From: Dictyostelium discoideum
Lineage: Eukaryota
Assembly: GCA_000004695.1 (NCBI GenBank)
Contig: CM000151.3
Coordinates: 3,520,001 to 3,584,000 of the forward strand
Length of the DNA stretch: 64,000 nt
Direction of reading: 5' to 3'
Shown piece after piece: positions 14,458 to 31,419 of the stretch. The position numbers and the translations under genes were made by a program. The first letter of the stretch is position 1, and each line of letters opens with the position of its first letter. Below the pieces are notes generated by a model. That model worked only from the letters and a program-made list of their open reading frames with translations. It had not been told where the DNA came from and did not search any database.

Positions 14458-14820
14458 ATTATTTAATTTAATATTCAAAAGAAATAATTATTAAATTTCA
14501 ACAATTTACAAATATTAATCAAATCTCTTCTTTCAAAATCACTAAATTAATAATTTACAGTTTGATATTTATTCAAACTCTGTATTCATAAAAACTCAAT
14601 TATCAATTTACATATTACAAAAACCGATTAACATAATTATAAAAATCTAAAATTAATATCTAAATAATATTACAAAAATTTCAGTACAAAATTAAATTTT
14701 ATTTAAAATTCTATTAAAATAAATTAAAAATTGTATAAATAAATAAATAAATAAATAAAACTAAAAATTAAATTAAACTAAATAAATACCATATAAATAA
14801 ATAAATTAAAATTAGTTATA

Positions 14821-15040
14821 TTCACTGCAGCTTTACATTTTGTATTCAATAGCTATTGGCATAATTAGGAGATGTGATAAAGTCAGAATTAGATAAGGTC
14901 ATTCTATAGAAAAAGGATCGAATATTCCCTTTTGATATAATGGTCATCTCTGTAGATTATAACCAAAGTAGGCTATTACATTTGGCGACATTGCTTGTTA
15001 GAATCAACAACCAGCCCAAGTAAAAAAAAAAAAAAAAATA
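14821..15040 (+). mobile_element. GC-richer roughly 200-bp block ending in A16, possibly the 3' end of another retroelement. Identity unknown.
   Basis: Composition island followed by a poly(A) tract 15025-15040. No ORF. Confidence 0.25.
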
Positions 15041-15484
15041 TAAACAAAGTTTAATAAAAAAAAAAATATAAACAAAATTTAATTATTAAATTACATTGTT
15101 AATATTAATAAGTTTTTAATAAAATTAATAGTAATTGTAACAAGATCTCAAAAAAATATCTTGTTAATACTAATATTTATTTAATTTTATGAAATGTTCT
15201 AAACAGAACATTTAAAAAATAACTATTAATATTGAATTGATAATTCAATATTAATTATTACTAACTTAATTCATTTTAATAAATTGTTTCATTTTATATA
15301 ATAAACTCACTAAACACAACTAAACAATAATTCAAAAATAAATAATAATAATTTAGAATATAGTTTTGTTTCAACATTTTGTTATGACACATACAATTCA
15401 GAAAATAATAATAATTTATTTTATTGTTTTGTTTAAAGGGGTTTTCTCCCGTTGTAATTTAATTTTAAAATTAAATTTAATTTT

Positions 15485-15526
<42 letters not shown>

Positions 15527-15639
15527 AAATTAATTTGAATTTCACAAAAGTTTTCATAACAGATATTAGATACCAGATATTAAAAATGCCACACACAAAA
15601 TCACCATATAAAATAATAATTAAATTAAAATAATATAAT

Positions 15640-18600
15640 ATTGTAGTTTAAATTGGATCTAACCCTATCGGCCGAGGTTGGAGTAGTTAATAGATTTGAG
15701 TTCGCTCAAATCTAAGGACTATAAAAGGAAACTAGGTTTCCAATTCAACCTCAGTAGTAAATATATACAAACAATAAAAACACGATAGGGCTACGGTCAT
15801 TAATTAATTTTGTGTACATTTATTTCTTAAATAATTAATCATTTTACTTTAATAATAGAATAAATAAATAATTAAATTTTATTAAATAATTTATTTTAAG
15901 AGAATGTCAACTAATAATAACGAAGATATTGATAATGATGAATTGCAACAACAGGATAATGAGGAACAACAGCAACAACCACAGGTATCAACATTCAATG
16001 AACAGCAACGTCAGATAAGGGAACAGCAGCAGGTAATAGATAAACAAAATCAACTTCTTCAACAACACATTCAATTAATAAATCAACAATCTCAACAACA
16101 ATTGAATAATCATACGACACCACCATCATCACCCAACATTACAACACCAATAACTTCAGCAGCAATAACCAACACAATAAAGAAATCATTAGGAAAAATT
16201 AACACTGATGATACCGACCACCAGTTGTTACAGTAATGATTACAATTAAACAATAATAATTAAAATAATAATTTATTTAGTTTTATATAATTTAGAGTTT
16301 TCATTCGAAACTTCTCGGTCGAAAATTGTAAAAACTAAAAAAAAATAAAGTTAGTTCTGATTGACCTTTACAGCATTCTTATAATATTAATTGTTTTCCT
16401 TTGTTTACTAAGACAAAAACATTAAAGCATAACCCAAACACACTCAAACTCAAACACATATCAACAATTGATGGTAGAGCTATTTTAGCAGACGTTATAT
16501 TTCCAAATCAATTACCAATTGGTATTCTTGGAATTTATGCACCAGCATCAAATGATACCATCAAAAAGAATTCATAACAACTTCACTACAAACACTTCTC
16601 CACAACCACTCAACAAACCCAATACCAAACCAATCCCAACATGTATCTATTATCGCAGGCGATTTCAACTGTATCCACAACGACAATTCACTATTAGACG
16701 ATATTATCCAATCCTACACATACCAACACCATCTAATTGATCAAGGTGAATTTAAAAACACTCCAACTCATACACATGGCAACAGATTAGATAGAATATA
16801 TACTCATTACAATAGAATAGACCCTGAAAATTTATACACAAGTCCACCAAATTCCATCTTCATTATCAGATCATAATCCAGTATCAACAACAATTTCTTC
16901 ACCTTTTCAAATAAATAAACATAAGAAAAGATGGATATTATCACCTGGTACTGCAAATGACCATGAAGCAATCAATATTATCAATCATTTAATAACTAAT
17001 CACAATAACACATCAATCAATCAATTTACAAATTGGTCAAAAGTAAAATCAAAAATTATTAAAACTCTAAAAAACTATCAATATAACAAAGACAAACAAA
17101 CTCAACGTGCAAAACAAATACTATTAGAAAAAGCAGCAAAATTTAAACATCTTGAAAAACAATGCATCGCTGAATACAATATTATATGTAACAAAAACAA
17201 ATTACATCAAAACCACACAAACAAATAAAGGAGAAATACCTATAAGTATCTATCAGCAATACTAAACAAAGATCAAAAGATGCAAAAATTACCTTCTGAG
17301 AATACTTCCCTTCATCGTCAACATCAACCAAACTGGTTTCGTACCCTACAGATTTATCATAGACAACATCATCAACATCAATGAATTAATCAACTACCTC
17401 AAATCTAAAAACCTCCCTGGTAACATCACACTATTTGACTTCTTTAAAGCATTTGATTCTCACGATAGTATTAAAAGAACATTAATTCATATTGGTATAC
17501 CAATAAAATTAATAAATATAATCCACAAGCTTTTATCTGACTCACAAGCAAAAATTTCAATTAATGGTAAAACGACTAGAAAATTCGATATTAAAAGTTG
17601 TGTAAAACAAGGTGACCCAATCTCAGCCACTTTATTTGTAATTGTAATTGAAATATTAGCAAGAACAATAAATGCAGACAATACAATAATTGGATTACCA
17701 ATTTCACCCAATCCACAAATTAAAATCAAATTTACCCAATTTGCAGAAGACTCTACAACATACAACATCAACTACGAACAACAACAACAATCAATCAAAC
17801 ATTTCGATAATTTCTGCGCTTCAACATCATCATCATTAAATTTTGACAAAAGTGCAATAATAGAAATCAACCCCCACAAAATCACTGATAAACACTTAAT
17901 AAACAACATTCCACAATCAAAAAGAATACCAATAACCAAAAAAGATCAATCAGAAAGAGTTCTTGGCTATTTCTTTAATCATAATGGTTTACATAGGAAA
18001 TTACCAGAAACAATGAAAACACTGATCAAATCATTAGTACTATGGAAAACTAGTGGCACAACATTAAAAACAAAAACAACCATCATAAACACTTACTCAC
18101 TATCACCAATAACATATTTATCATACCTTGAAGAATTTACAAAAGATGAAGAAATTCAAATTAATAAATTAATCTCATGGTTTATGAATTCTCCCGCAAA
18201 TTCTGAATCACCAACTCTCAATACCAATTCCATTGAAAACAACACATCAACCATCCATTCACGTGCAAAAATACCTTTGATGTGTTATGATAGATCATTA
18301 AAACTATTAAAAGAAGGTGGTTGGGGTATGTGGAATATACAATTACGACAAGCTGCTCAAAAGATTTGGATATACAACATATTTTTACAAATGCATAAAT
18401 CTGCAAACAATTCAATATACATGATAAGTTGGATGGATCAAATCATCAACAAGTCAATCTCTTCTCCATTCCTTATAAAAATCAAAAAAGAATGGGAAAA
18501 CTATGCAACTCAAATTAGATATCTAAAAGATAAAATTCAAACCCTACAACCAATATTAATAAAAAACCAAACCACTCAAACATTAACCACAAATAATATT

Positions 18601-19647
18601 TCACTACCACCAACACTCAAAGAAATCTACTCGACAATACTCAACAATCACCAATGTAAATCAAAAGACTATATAGGAAAGAAATATTCAGATCTACTTC
18701 TTACTTCGCACCAACAATCAATATAACTATTATGGAAATACACATACGACCAACTATTTGTCAAAATTCAAAAATTAAAAGATCCAAAAGGCCGTGATAC
18801 AATGCAAAGATTCCATGCTAGATGTCTTCCGATTAATCATCTACACAACAAAGTTTGCTCCATTTGCAACAATGAAATGAATAATGATCCCTATGGTCAT
18901 TTGTTTTTCAATTGTCAGCACACAATCAACTTCATAAACCACGACAAATTAAAATATTTTATATATAAAAATTGCAATGGAAACAAAAACTGGTCACTAA
19001 CAAAAAACCAAACAACAAAATTATACACACTCATTTATAAACCACAAACAAACAACAAAGCATTTAAACCAGATCCAACTATCAATATTAATTTTCATTT
19101 TGCAGAAAACGCACAATATAAAAAATACAGGTTCAACTGGAATTATATAAACACAAATCTTGATCTAGTCAGAACACATGCATATTGGAACATAATCTCA
19201 TTAGTTATTCACCAAATATGGATATGGTTATGCAAATCATTATTTGACATCAATATAACTCAATCAATTGACAATTGGAACAACCAAATAAACAACACAA
19301 CACTAGATTATGATATATTAAAATCAAAATGGCACAAGCTAATAAGATTGGAATATTCCAGAACATTATCAAACTTTAACCAATACTCAATTAAAAACAA
19401 CCTCACAAAAACTCAAAAAGAAACCCAATGGCCCGAAACCATCAAAAAATTTAAAAAAGAATGGAGCATAAACACAAACCAATGCTGAAACCAATTCCAA
19501 CAATTACACCACCAATTAATTATTAATTACCTAATCTAAAATAACATACCATTTTAAATTCACAAAAACTAAAAAACCTAAAATAAATAAATAAAGTACT
19601 AATTGTATACTACAATAGTTTATTTATATCAAAAAAAAAAAAAAAAA
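15640..19647 (+). mobile_element. Degenerate TRE3-like non-LTR retrotransposon. It has a Q-rich ORF1-like ORF (15904..16236), an ORF2 with APE-type endonuclease (about 16440-16960, several stops), reverse transcriptase (about 17340-18000, FDFFKAFDS...CVKQGDPISATLFVIVIE), a Cys/His tail (about 18800-19490), a 3' module and A17.
   Basis: RT and EN motifs readable but interrupted by frameshifts and stops. Its poly(A) end lies about 50 bp from the 3' end of tRNA-Phe, i.e. downstream of the tRNA. The terminal region differs from the TRE5-like tails. Confidence 0.65.
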
Positions 19648-19654
19648 TTAAAGC

Positions 19655-19690
19655 AGAGATCGAACTTGCGATCAAAGGATTTTTGTGTGT
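19655..19690 (-). promoter_or_regulatory. External B-box (exB) downstream of tRNA-Phe: AGTTCGATCTC on the tRNA strand.
   Basis: Matches the pol III B-box consensus GGTTCGANTCC, about 25 bp 3' of the tRNA. Confidence 0.5.
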
Positions 19691-19697
19691 AAAAATT

Positions 19698-19771
19698 TGC
19701 CTCAGGCCGGGATCGAACCAGCGACCTTAAGATCTTCAGTCTCACGCTCGTACCAACTGAGCTACTAAGGC
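19698..19771 (-). tRNA. tRNA-Phe, anticodon GAA.
   Basis: Reverse complement GCCTTAGTAGCTCAGTTGGTACGAGCGTGAGACTGAAGATCTTAAGGTCGCTGGTTCGATCCCGGCCTGAGGCA, very close to canonical eukaryotic tRNA-Phe. Confidence 0.9.
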
Positions 19772-20441
19772 TTGGTGAAAATGTAAATTTTATTAGCAGT
19801 TACAATATTAAGAAAAATTCAAAAAAAAAAAATTATAATTTTTTTTTTCTATTTGTTCAGGATTACAATAACAAATTAATTTTAAATAAAAAATTTACTT
19901 TTATTCGAACAAAAATCAAATGAAATTTCAAAACTCAATATAAATAAAAAAAAATGGTTTTTGTTATTCCTTCGAATAAAATATAATAAAGATAAATATT
20001 CAGCGCACATTATTTAAATTATATTAAAATTTAAATATATATTAAAATAATAGTAATCCTTAGTATCACTAATCAAATATATATTTAGATATAATTTAAT
20101 TGTTTAATTAAATTTTATATTTAATTAAAAAAAAAAAGGAAAGGAAAGGAAAGGAAAGTATTTAAAGAATTCGGGACAATTCAACTATAAAAAGAAGCCA
20201 ACCTTCTAATTTACCAAGAAAAATCATAAAGAGGTTGGGTACGTAGCCAAATTTATATGTTATTTCTTTAAGTTTATTTAAAAAAAAAAAAAAAAAAAGT
20301 AATAAATGGCTTTAAAATTTATTTATTATTAGTATTACTATTATCTTTTTTTAATGAAACTTAAATAAATATGAAAACATATTATACAAATAATTGTTTA
20401 TTATTATTATTATTTTTTTTTTTTTTTTTTTTTTTTTTTTC

Positions 20442-24569
<4,128 letters not shown>

Positions 24570-24618
24570 TAAAATTTCACTATATATTAATCCATAATTG
24601 ATATTAATAATTTAGAGA

Positions 24619-24951
<333 letters not shown>

Positions 24952-24954
24952 TTT

Positions 24955-24988
<34 letters not shown>

Positions 24989-25112
24989 CTATTAATTTCA
25001 AAACAAAAATTAAAAAAATATATATATAAAAATAATAATATTGATGTGTATTTTTGTGTGTTTTATTTATCTATACTAAATTCATATTAAAAATTAAATT
25101 TAAATTGTTATT

Positions 25113-25144
<32 letters not shown>

Positions 25145-25737
25145 TGAAAAATAAAAAAAAAAAAATGAATATTTTTTTTTTTATTTTTTTTTTTTTTTTG
25201 GGTTTATAATTTGAATGTTACTACCATCAAACAAAAAAAAAAAAAATGAAAAAAAAAAAAAAAAAATATTTTGGGTGTGGGTAAACTTAAAAATTAATTA
25301 CATTATTAAATCTGAGTTTTGTGATTGAGTTAAAACAGTGTGGGTAAACTTAAAATAAAAAAATAAAAAATAATTTAATATAATTAAATTGGTTATTCAT
25401 GTGAATGCACAAAAAAAAAAAAAAAAGATTAAAGAAAAATTAAAAAAAATAAAAATAATTTAATATAATTAAATTGTTAAAAAAAACTATTTGTTTGAAA
25501 TATTTTATACTAAATTATCTTTTATTTTTCTTTTTCCAATAATAAAAAAAAATAAAAATAAAAATTGATACTTTTTTATTCTTAAACTGAGATATATATG
25601 TTTTTTTTTTAATTTTACTTTTTTTTTTATTTTTTTTTTGAAAACCTATTTAATCAATTTTTTTTTTTTTATTATTTTTAATTGTAAAATAAAATAGAAT
25701 CAATCTTTTTAATAATAAAAAAAAAAAAAAAAAAAAA

Positions 25738-26181
25738 ATGAAATATTCATTTACTTTAATCATTGTTTTATTATCATTACTTTCATTATGTAATTTATCA
25801 AATTCTCAAATGTTTGGTCAAAAATGCAATTTACCACCAATTTCACAAACTCTTGATAATGGTTCACAAGTTGTTATCTTATTAGCAGAATTATTACAAA
25901 ATGATAAAGTTATAAGTTCATATAATAATACATTTTCAAAAGGAACTGGTTCAACATTTTTCAGTGATCCAAATAATGTTTGTGTTTTTAATTCTGGTGA
26001 AAATCTTCATATTGAATATAAAGTTGTTAGTGGTAGTAGTGGTACTTTTTATTATGAAGATTGTAAAAGCAATGATTCAATTCCCACTAGTTCAAGTACT
26101 GTTAAATTATATAATGGTGGTTTTGTTTTTATGGGTAGTAAATTTACATATCAATATAAATTAACTTTAAAAACAAATTAA
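25738..26181 (+). CDS. Small secreted protein (147 aa) with an N-terminal signal peptide.
   Basis: MKYSFTLIIVLLSLLSLCNLSNS hydrophobic leader. Moderate-complexity ORF. Confidence 0.6.
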   Translation: MKYSFTLIIVLLSLLSLCNLSNSQMFGQKCNLPPISQTLDNGSQVVILLAELLQNDKVISSYNNTFSKGTGSTFFSDPNNVCVFNSGENLHIEYKVVSGSSGTFYYEDCKSNDSIPTSSSTVKLYNGGFVFMGSKFTYQYKLTLKTN

Positions 26182-26509
26182 AATAAACAAAAAGATAAAA
26201 ATAAATTTTCTTTTTTCAAATAATAGGAATAATTTTTTATTTTTTTTAATTTTTTATTTTTTTTATTTCAGTTGATTAAAATATTCAATAATGTTTTATA
26301 TATTTTATTCCCTACTCGTTTTTCTTAAAATAAAAAACAATTAAAAAAAATTAAATTAAAAAAACAGAATGATTCATTCAAAAAAAAAAAAAAAAAAAAA
26401 AAAAATGAAAATATTTTTTTTTTCTCCAATTAAATAAAAAATATCCAAAGGGAAATTAGTGAGATTTTTATTTTTATTTTTAATTTTGAGACAATTTATT
26501 ACATAAAAA

Positions 26510-26607
26510 ATGTCAGAACAACAACCAATAACCACAACAACAACAACTAACTCTCAACCTAAACAATTAACAAAAGAAGAAATTGAACAACAAGATAAAT
26601 GGATAGA
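26510..26607 (+). CDS. Endonuclease V (inosine-specific endonuclease) exon 1.
   Basis: MSEQQPITTTTTTNSQPKQLTKEEIEQQDKWI then GTAAAG donor at 26608. Phase 2. Confidence 0.75.
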
Positions 26608-26716
26608 GTAAAGTAAACTTTTTTTTTTTTTTTTTTTTTAATAAAGTAATAATTTAATTTCTAACATTTTTTTTCTTTTTTATATTTTTTATTTATTTAT
26701 TTTTTTTTTTTTTTAG

Positions 26717-27587
26717 AATTCAAAATGAATTAAAGAAAAGTTTAATTGAAAAAGATGATTTTAATTTTAAAATTGATGATGAAAATAAAATGAATACAAC
26801 ATTGAAATATATTGGTGGTGTTGATATTAGTTTTGTAAAAGATAATGATATTGATGCATGTGCATCATTAATTGTAATAGAATATCCATCATTGAAAATA
26901 GTTTATAAAGATATTGAATTTGTTAAATTAAGTGAATTATATATTCCAGGATTTTTAGCATTTAGAGAAACTCCTCATTTAATTAAATTAATTAATAAAT
27001 TAAAACAATCAATAACCTATAACCATTTATTACCTCAAATTATAATGATTGATGGTAATGGTATTCTACATCCACGTGGATTCGGTTTAGCTTCTCATTT
27101 AGGTGTTTTAATTGATATTCCAACAATCGGTGTTGGTAAAACTTTCTTTCATGTTGATGGTTTATCAACAAAAGAAATAAAATCAAAAGTTGAATCTGAA
27201 AGATTAAAATATTTATCAACAACAACTACCACTGATGTAACAACAACACCCTCACCCAATAATAATAAAAATAATAAAAATAATAAAATTAAAAACAATA
27301 ATAATAATATAAGAGAAGATATAAATATAGAAGTTCCATTAAAAGGTGAAAGTGGTAGAATTTGGGGTTCAGCAATATTAAGTAATAGTAACTGTAAGAA
27401 TCCAATTTATGTTTCAGTGGGACACCGAATTTCATTAGAGACAGCTTTAAAGGTTGTTAAATTAACTTCACCATACAGAGTACCTGAATCAATTAGACAA
27501 GCAGATTTATTATCAAGAGATTATATTAGATTAAATTTTAATAAAATACAAACCACTGCTACAACTACTACAACTACTACAAACTAA
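26717..27587 (+). CDS. Endonuclease V exon 2 (after a 109-nt intron). Total about 322 aa.
   Basis: [71 protein letters not shown] align with human ENDOV. N/T-rich insert. Confidence 0.85.
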
Positions 27588-27765
27588 TTGTAATAAATTT
27601 TTTAAACTTTTATCTACAATATATTATTATATTTTTTTTTTATTTAATTTTTTTTTTGTTTTTGTTTTTTTTTTTATTATTATTATTATTACTTGTGGTT
27701 TTATGTTTTGATTAATTGAGGTTACATTTTATAATTATATGATGAAAAATAATAAAAAAAAAATT

Positions 27766-28078
27766 TTAAACTTGACTAAAATTTTTAACAGCAGCTTCAC
27801 CACTATTCCAATGGAAAGTATCTAATTCAATTGGACCAGAAATTTCAATACCTTCTTCACCAGCGACAGAGATTTGAATCTTTTTAGAAGATCTAGCATC
27901 TCTGTAAAAAAGTACTCTTAAACAATCTTGAATTAATTGTTTAGCTTGTTCTAAATTCATATTTGGATTTTCATCTCTTGCTTTTCTTAATAATGGTAAT
28001 GCAATATGTGAACCATAACCAGTTGTAATAATATCATCTTTGTAACAAGTTCCAACTAAATCAACTTTACCTAAAAAG
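27766..28078 (-). CDS. psmB4: PSMB4-like exon 4. Total 259 aa.
   Basis: (S)FLGKVDLVGTCYKDDIITTGYGSHIALPLLRKARDENPNMNLEQAKQLIQDCLRVLFYRDARSSKKIQISVAGEEGIEISGPIELDTFHW... matches human PSMB4 C-terminus. Confidence 0.85.
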
Positions 28079-28195
28079 CTAAAATAAAAAAAAATAAAAA
28101 TGTATTTAAAATTTTACATTATATTAATATAAATATAAATATAATAATAATAATAATTTTAAAAAAAATAAAAAATTAAAAATTAAAATTTTTAC

Positions 28196-28342
28196 CTTTT
28201 ACCACCTTGATAACCCATAACAACTAAAGTATTCCAGAGTGGATTACCTCTATTTCTTTGATTGTATAAAACACGAGCTAAATAATTCCAGATTTCTTCT
28301 GAACTTAATTTTGAACCATCATCCATACAATGATCATCAGTA
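28196..28342 (-). CDS. psmB4: PSMB4-like exon 3.
   Basis: (V)TDDHCMDDGSKLSSEEIWNYLARVLYNQRNRGNPLWNTLVVMGYQGGK. The upstream intron contains (AAT)n 28425-28503. Confidence 0.85.
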
Positions 28343-28414
28343 CTATATTATTTCAAAATAAAATAAAATAAAAAAATGAAAATGTAAATTAGTAAATCAT
28401 ATAATTAATAATAT

Positions 28415-28424
<10 letters not shown>

Positions 28425-28503
<79 letters not shown>
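28425..28503. repeat. (ATT)n microsatellite inside PSMB4 intron 2.
   Basis: Seen directly. Confidence 0.95.
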
Positions 28504-28505
<2 letters not shown>

Positions 28506-28535
28506 ATATAGATTTTATATAAAATTATTACATAC

Positions 28536-28742
28536 ACTAAATCATTAAGAGTATTTGTAATTGATTGAAAATCACTATATTCACCACTTGCACCAACAAT
28601 AGTATAGCCACCAAATTTCTTCATTCTTTCAGTGCTATTAAATCTTGCTAATGAACCATATGATAATAACATATCTGAACCCATTACAACACCTTTATCA
28701 TATTTAATTGCAATAACTGATGTACCTGTAACAATTGGGTCT
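28536..28742 (-). CDS. psmB4: PSMB4-like exon 2.
   Basis: (L)DPIVTGTSVIAIKYDKGVVMGSDMLLSYGSLARFNSTERMKKFGGYTIVGASGEYSDFQSITNTLNDL. Acceptor tttatttAG, donor GTATGT. Confidence 0.85.
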
Positions 28743-28854
28743 CTAAATAAAATGATTCATTATAATTATTTAAATAGATAAATTAATAAGTGTTTGTTTT
28801 TATTGGTTATTTTTTTTTTTTATTTTATTTATCAGTTTATTTGATGATTATGTG

Positions 28855-28890
<36 letters not shown>

Positions 28891-28894
28891 TTAC

Positions 28895-29007
28895 AATGTT
28901 TTTTGTTTTCCACCTAAATGTGGATTATATTGTGGTTGTTGTGGTTGTTGTTGTTTAAAGTAATCTACTTGTCCATATACTGGAAAGTTAACATGTTCGT
29001 GTGACAT
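28895..29007 (-). CDS. psmB4: Proteasome subunit beta-7 (PSMB4-like) exon 1.
   Basis: MSHEHVNFPVYGQVDYFKQQQPQQPQYNPHLGGKQKT then GTAAAT donor. Confidence 0.75.
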
Positions 29008-29381
29008 TTTGTATGTTTAATATGTATTTGTGATGAAATAAAAAAAAAAAAATAAAAAAATAAAAAATGAAAAAATTAAAAAAAAAAAAATTTTGTGAAC
29101 AGCAAAAAATTTAATTAAAAAAAAAAAAAAAAATAAAAAAAAAAAAATAAAAAAAAAAAAAAATTAAAAAATAAATAAAAAAAAAAAAAAATTAAAATGG
29201 AGTTGCTTGGAAAAAAAAAAAAAAAAAAAAAATTATATATTTCTTTTTTTTTGAATGTATATTAAGATATATTATTATTAAAAAAATTATTATTTAGGTC
29301 AATTGTTTTTTTATTTATTTAATAAAAAAAAAAAAATTTTATTGATTTACTTTGTACTTTCATTTTTAATTTTATTATCAA

Positions 29382-29590
29382 TCAATTCTTTTGGATTACA
29401 AAAATTAAAATATAAATATATTTTTGGATTTCTTTGCATGTTGACAATACAAAATGAATCTTTAGCACTAAATCTCGTGACACTTTTATTTGGTTCAATA
29501 TATTGAATTTCACCCATTCTAAAATCAACTTCTTTAATAGGGTCATGGCTACGGCATTTAATTTCAAATGTATTTTTCCATTGTGTTCTT
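29382..29590 (-). CDS. Member 1 of a small ESFC(I/V)AN-motif gene family (TFEIKCRSHDPIKEVDFRMGEIQYIEPNKSVTRFSAKDSFCIVNMQRNPKIYLYFNFCNPKEL...). Start codon and any 5' exon unresolved.
   Basis: Frame differs from the six-frame track ORF. Homologous to 30001, 30540 and 31023 copies. Confidence 0.4.
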
Positions 29591-29684
29591 TATTTAATAA
29601 AATAAAATAAAAAAAAAAATATTTAAAAATTAATTAAAAGTATTATAAACTCTACAGATTATATTTTTTGAAATTAAATAAATG

Positions 29685-29717
<33 letters not shown>

Positions 29718-30000
29718 TATTTGATAAATAAGGAAATAATTTTAAAATAACCCTTTGTATAATTGTTTTCCAAATAAAGTTTTAATAAAGATCCCTCAAA
29801 TAATAATAATAAAAATTAACTTTATTTATCAACATTTTGGAAAATTATTTTGTTTAAAAAAAAAAAAATAATAATAAAAAATATAAACAGAAATTGAATG
29901 GTCAAAACAGAAAAAGTATCATATATTATTTGTAGTTCTTTCAATCATAATAGTCTTAATATTAATGTTATTTATCAACATTTTATTGTAACAATTAAAG

Positions 30001-30177
30001 ATGACTATTTTTTTTACAAACCATTATCAAAAGATTCAGATGGTAACTTTTGAAGATACTCATGCAAAAGAATCATTTTGTATAGCAAACATGGGTCTTT
30101 CTCCAAATGATTGTTTTTATTTTAAAAAATTACAAATATTAGAATTTTTAAAAAATGACCAATAAATCTCTCAGTAA
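30001..30177 (+). CDS. Member 2 (58 aa): MTIFFTNHYQKIQMVTFEDTHAKESFCIANMGLSPNDCFYFKKLQILEFLKNDQ.
   Basis: ATG-initiated ORF carrying the conserved D/E-rich-KESFCIAN core. Confidence 0.45.
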
Positions 30178-30539
30178 ATAAATTTTAATTTTAGTTTAGA
30201 AATGGTCTAATCTCTTTATTATGTTTATTAAATACCTTTTTTTTTTTTTTTTTTTTTTTTTTTATTTTGAATTTTAAAAAATTGTCAATGATAAATATTT
30301 GTAAAACAACTTAATTATTAAATATATAATTATATTGTTTTATTTTCAAACCTTTTAATATTAAAAGATTAAAATTAGAATTGGATAGTTATATCATACA
30401 AAGAAACTTAATTTTTAGTTTTAAAAAATAAAAATTTTAAAAAATTATAAAAATAAAAAATAGTGAAATTGTTTTGTTTATTTTTGTTATTTTTTAGTTT
30501 TAAATTCATTTTTTATAAAATGTAATACTTCACAAAGTT

Positions 30540-30790
30540 TAAAATGCAAACACAAATTTGGAGTACGATTTACATTTGCTATACAAAATGATTCTTTATA
30601 TGAGTATCTTGGGAAGTATCATCTGGTTCACAGTAATCGATTTGATAAATTTTCATTGTATTTGGAATACCATAATGGGAATTAATATTAGTACAGGAAA
30701 TTTCAAATGTTTTATTCACAATTTTAATATAAGGGGCAGTGATTATATCAAATCTTGGGTAGGAATTTGTGTCTTTTGAAAATAATTATT
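30540..30790 (-). pseudogene. Member 3, with a 1-nt deletion that separates ...IDYCEPDD from ESFCIANVNRTPNLCLHF.
   Basis: The nucleotide alignment with the 31023 copy shows agtttctcaagatac versus acttcccaagatac. Confidence 0.5.
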
Positions 30791-31022
30791 ATAAATAAAA
30801 CAATTCTTATTTTATAATTTTTGTTTACATTATTATTTTACTCAATTAAATTATTTTTATTCTTTATGGCAAATATATTAATTATTCATTTTATTTTAAA
30901 AAAAATATAAATAAAATAAAAAAATAAATAAATAAATAAAAAAATAAAAAAATAAAATAACCACAACTTCAAATAAAACAAAATTGAATAAGAAAAATTT
31001 AATTGTAAATTTATTTATTGAG

Positions 31023-31419
31023 TTATTTTTTTTTAAAAAACTTTAGCCCATCACAAGTTTTAAAAGCCAAACCAACCATTGGATTACAATTAACGTTTGC
31101 TACACAAAATGATTCTTTGTATGAGTATCTTGAGAAACTATCATCTGGTTCGCAATAATCAATTTCATGAATTACCATTACAGGAGAATAGTAGTTAGGG
31201 GCATTAAATGCAAGAAAGCTCAAAAGTTTTCTCTTGAATTTTAATATAAGGTTTAGAGTCTATTAATAATTTAGAGGGGTTATTTGAATTATTTGATAAT
31301 GGCTTGCAATAAAGTTCTTCCTCTTTAATTGATAATATAAAACTTTCACTAGTTATAGGAAATCGACCATTGACGTATGTTATAGATATAATATATGATA
31401 TATTATCAATGATGCCCAT
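31023..31419 (-). pseudogene. Member 4: two overlapping frames (…KTFELSCI* and FLAFNAPNYYSPVMVIHEIDYCEPDDSFSRYSYKESFCVANVNCNPMVGLAFKTCDGLKFF) separated by a frameshift.
   Basis: Colinear with the single-frame reading of the 30540 copy (…KTFEISCTNINSHYGIPNTMKIYQIDYCEPDD). Confidence 0.45.

Noticed and set aside
19650-19697. Possible tRNA half/pseudogene (gcagagatcgaacttgcgatc)
   Set aside because: Only a T-arm-like segment is present, with no acceptor or anticodon arms. Better explained as the external B-box commonly found 3' of Dictyostelium tRNA genes.
29303-29506. 67-aa plus ORF and the 29382..29567 minus ORF as given in the track
   Set aside because: The conserved family reading frame (…KDSFCIVNMQ…) is a different minus-strand frame. 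The track ORFs are alternative-frame artefacts.
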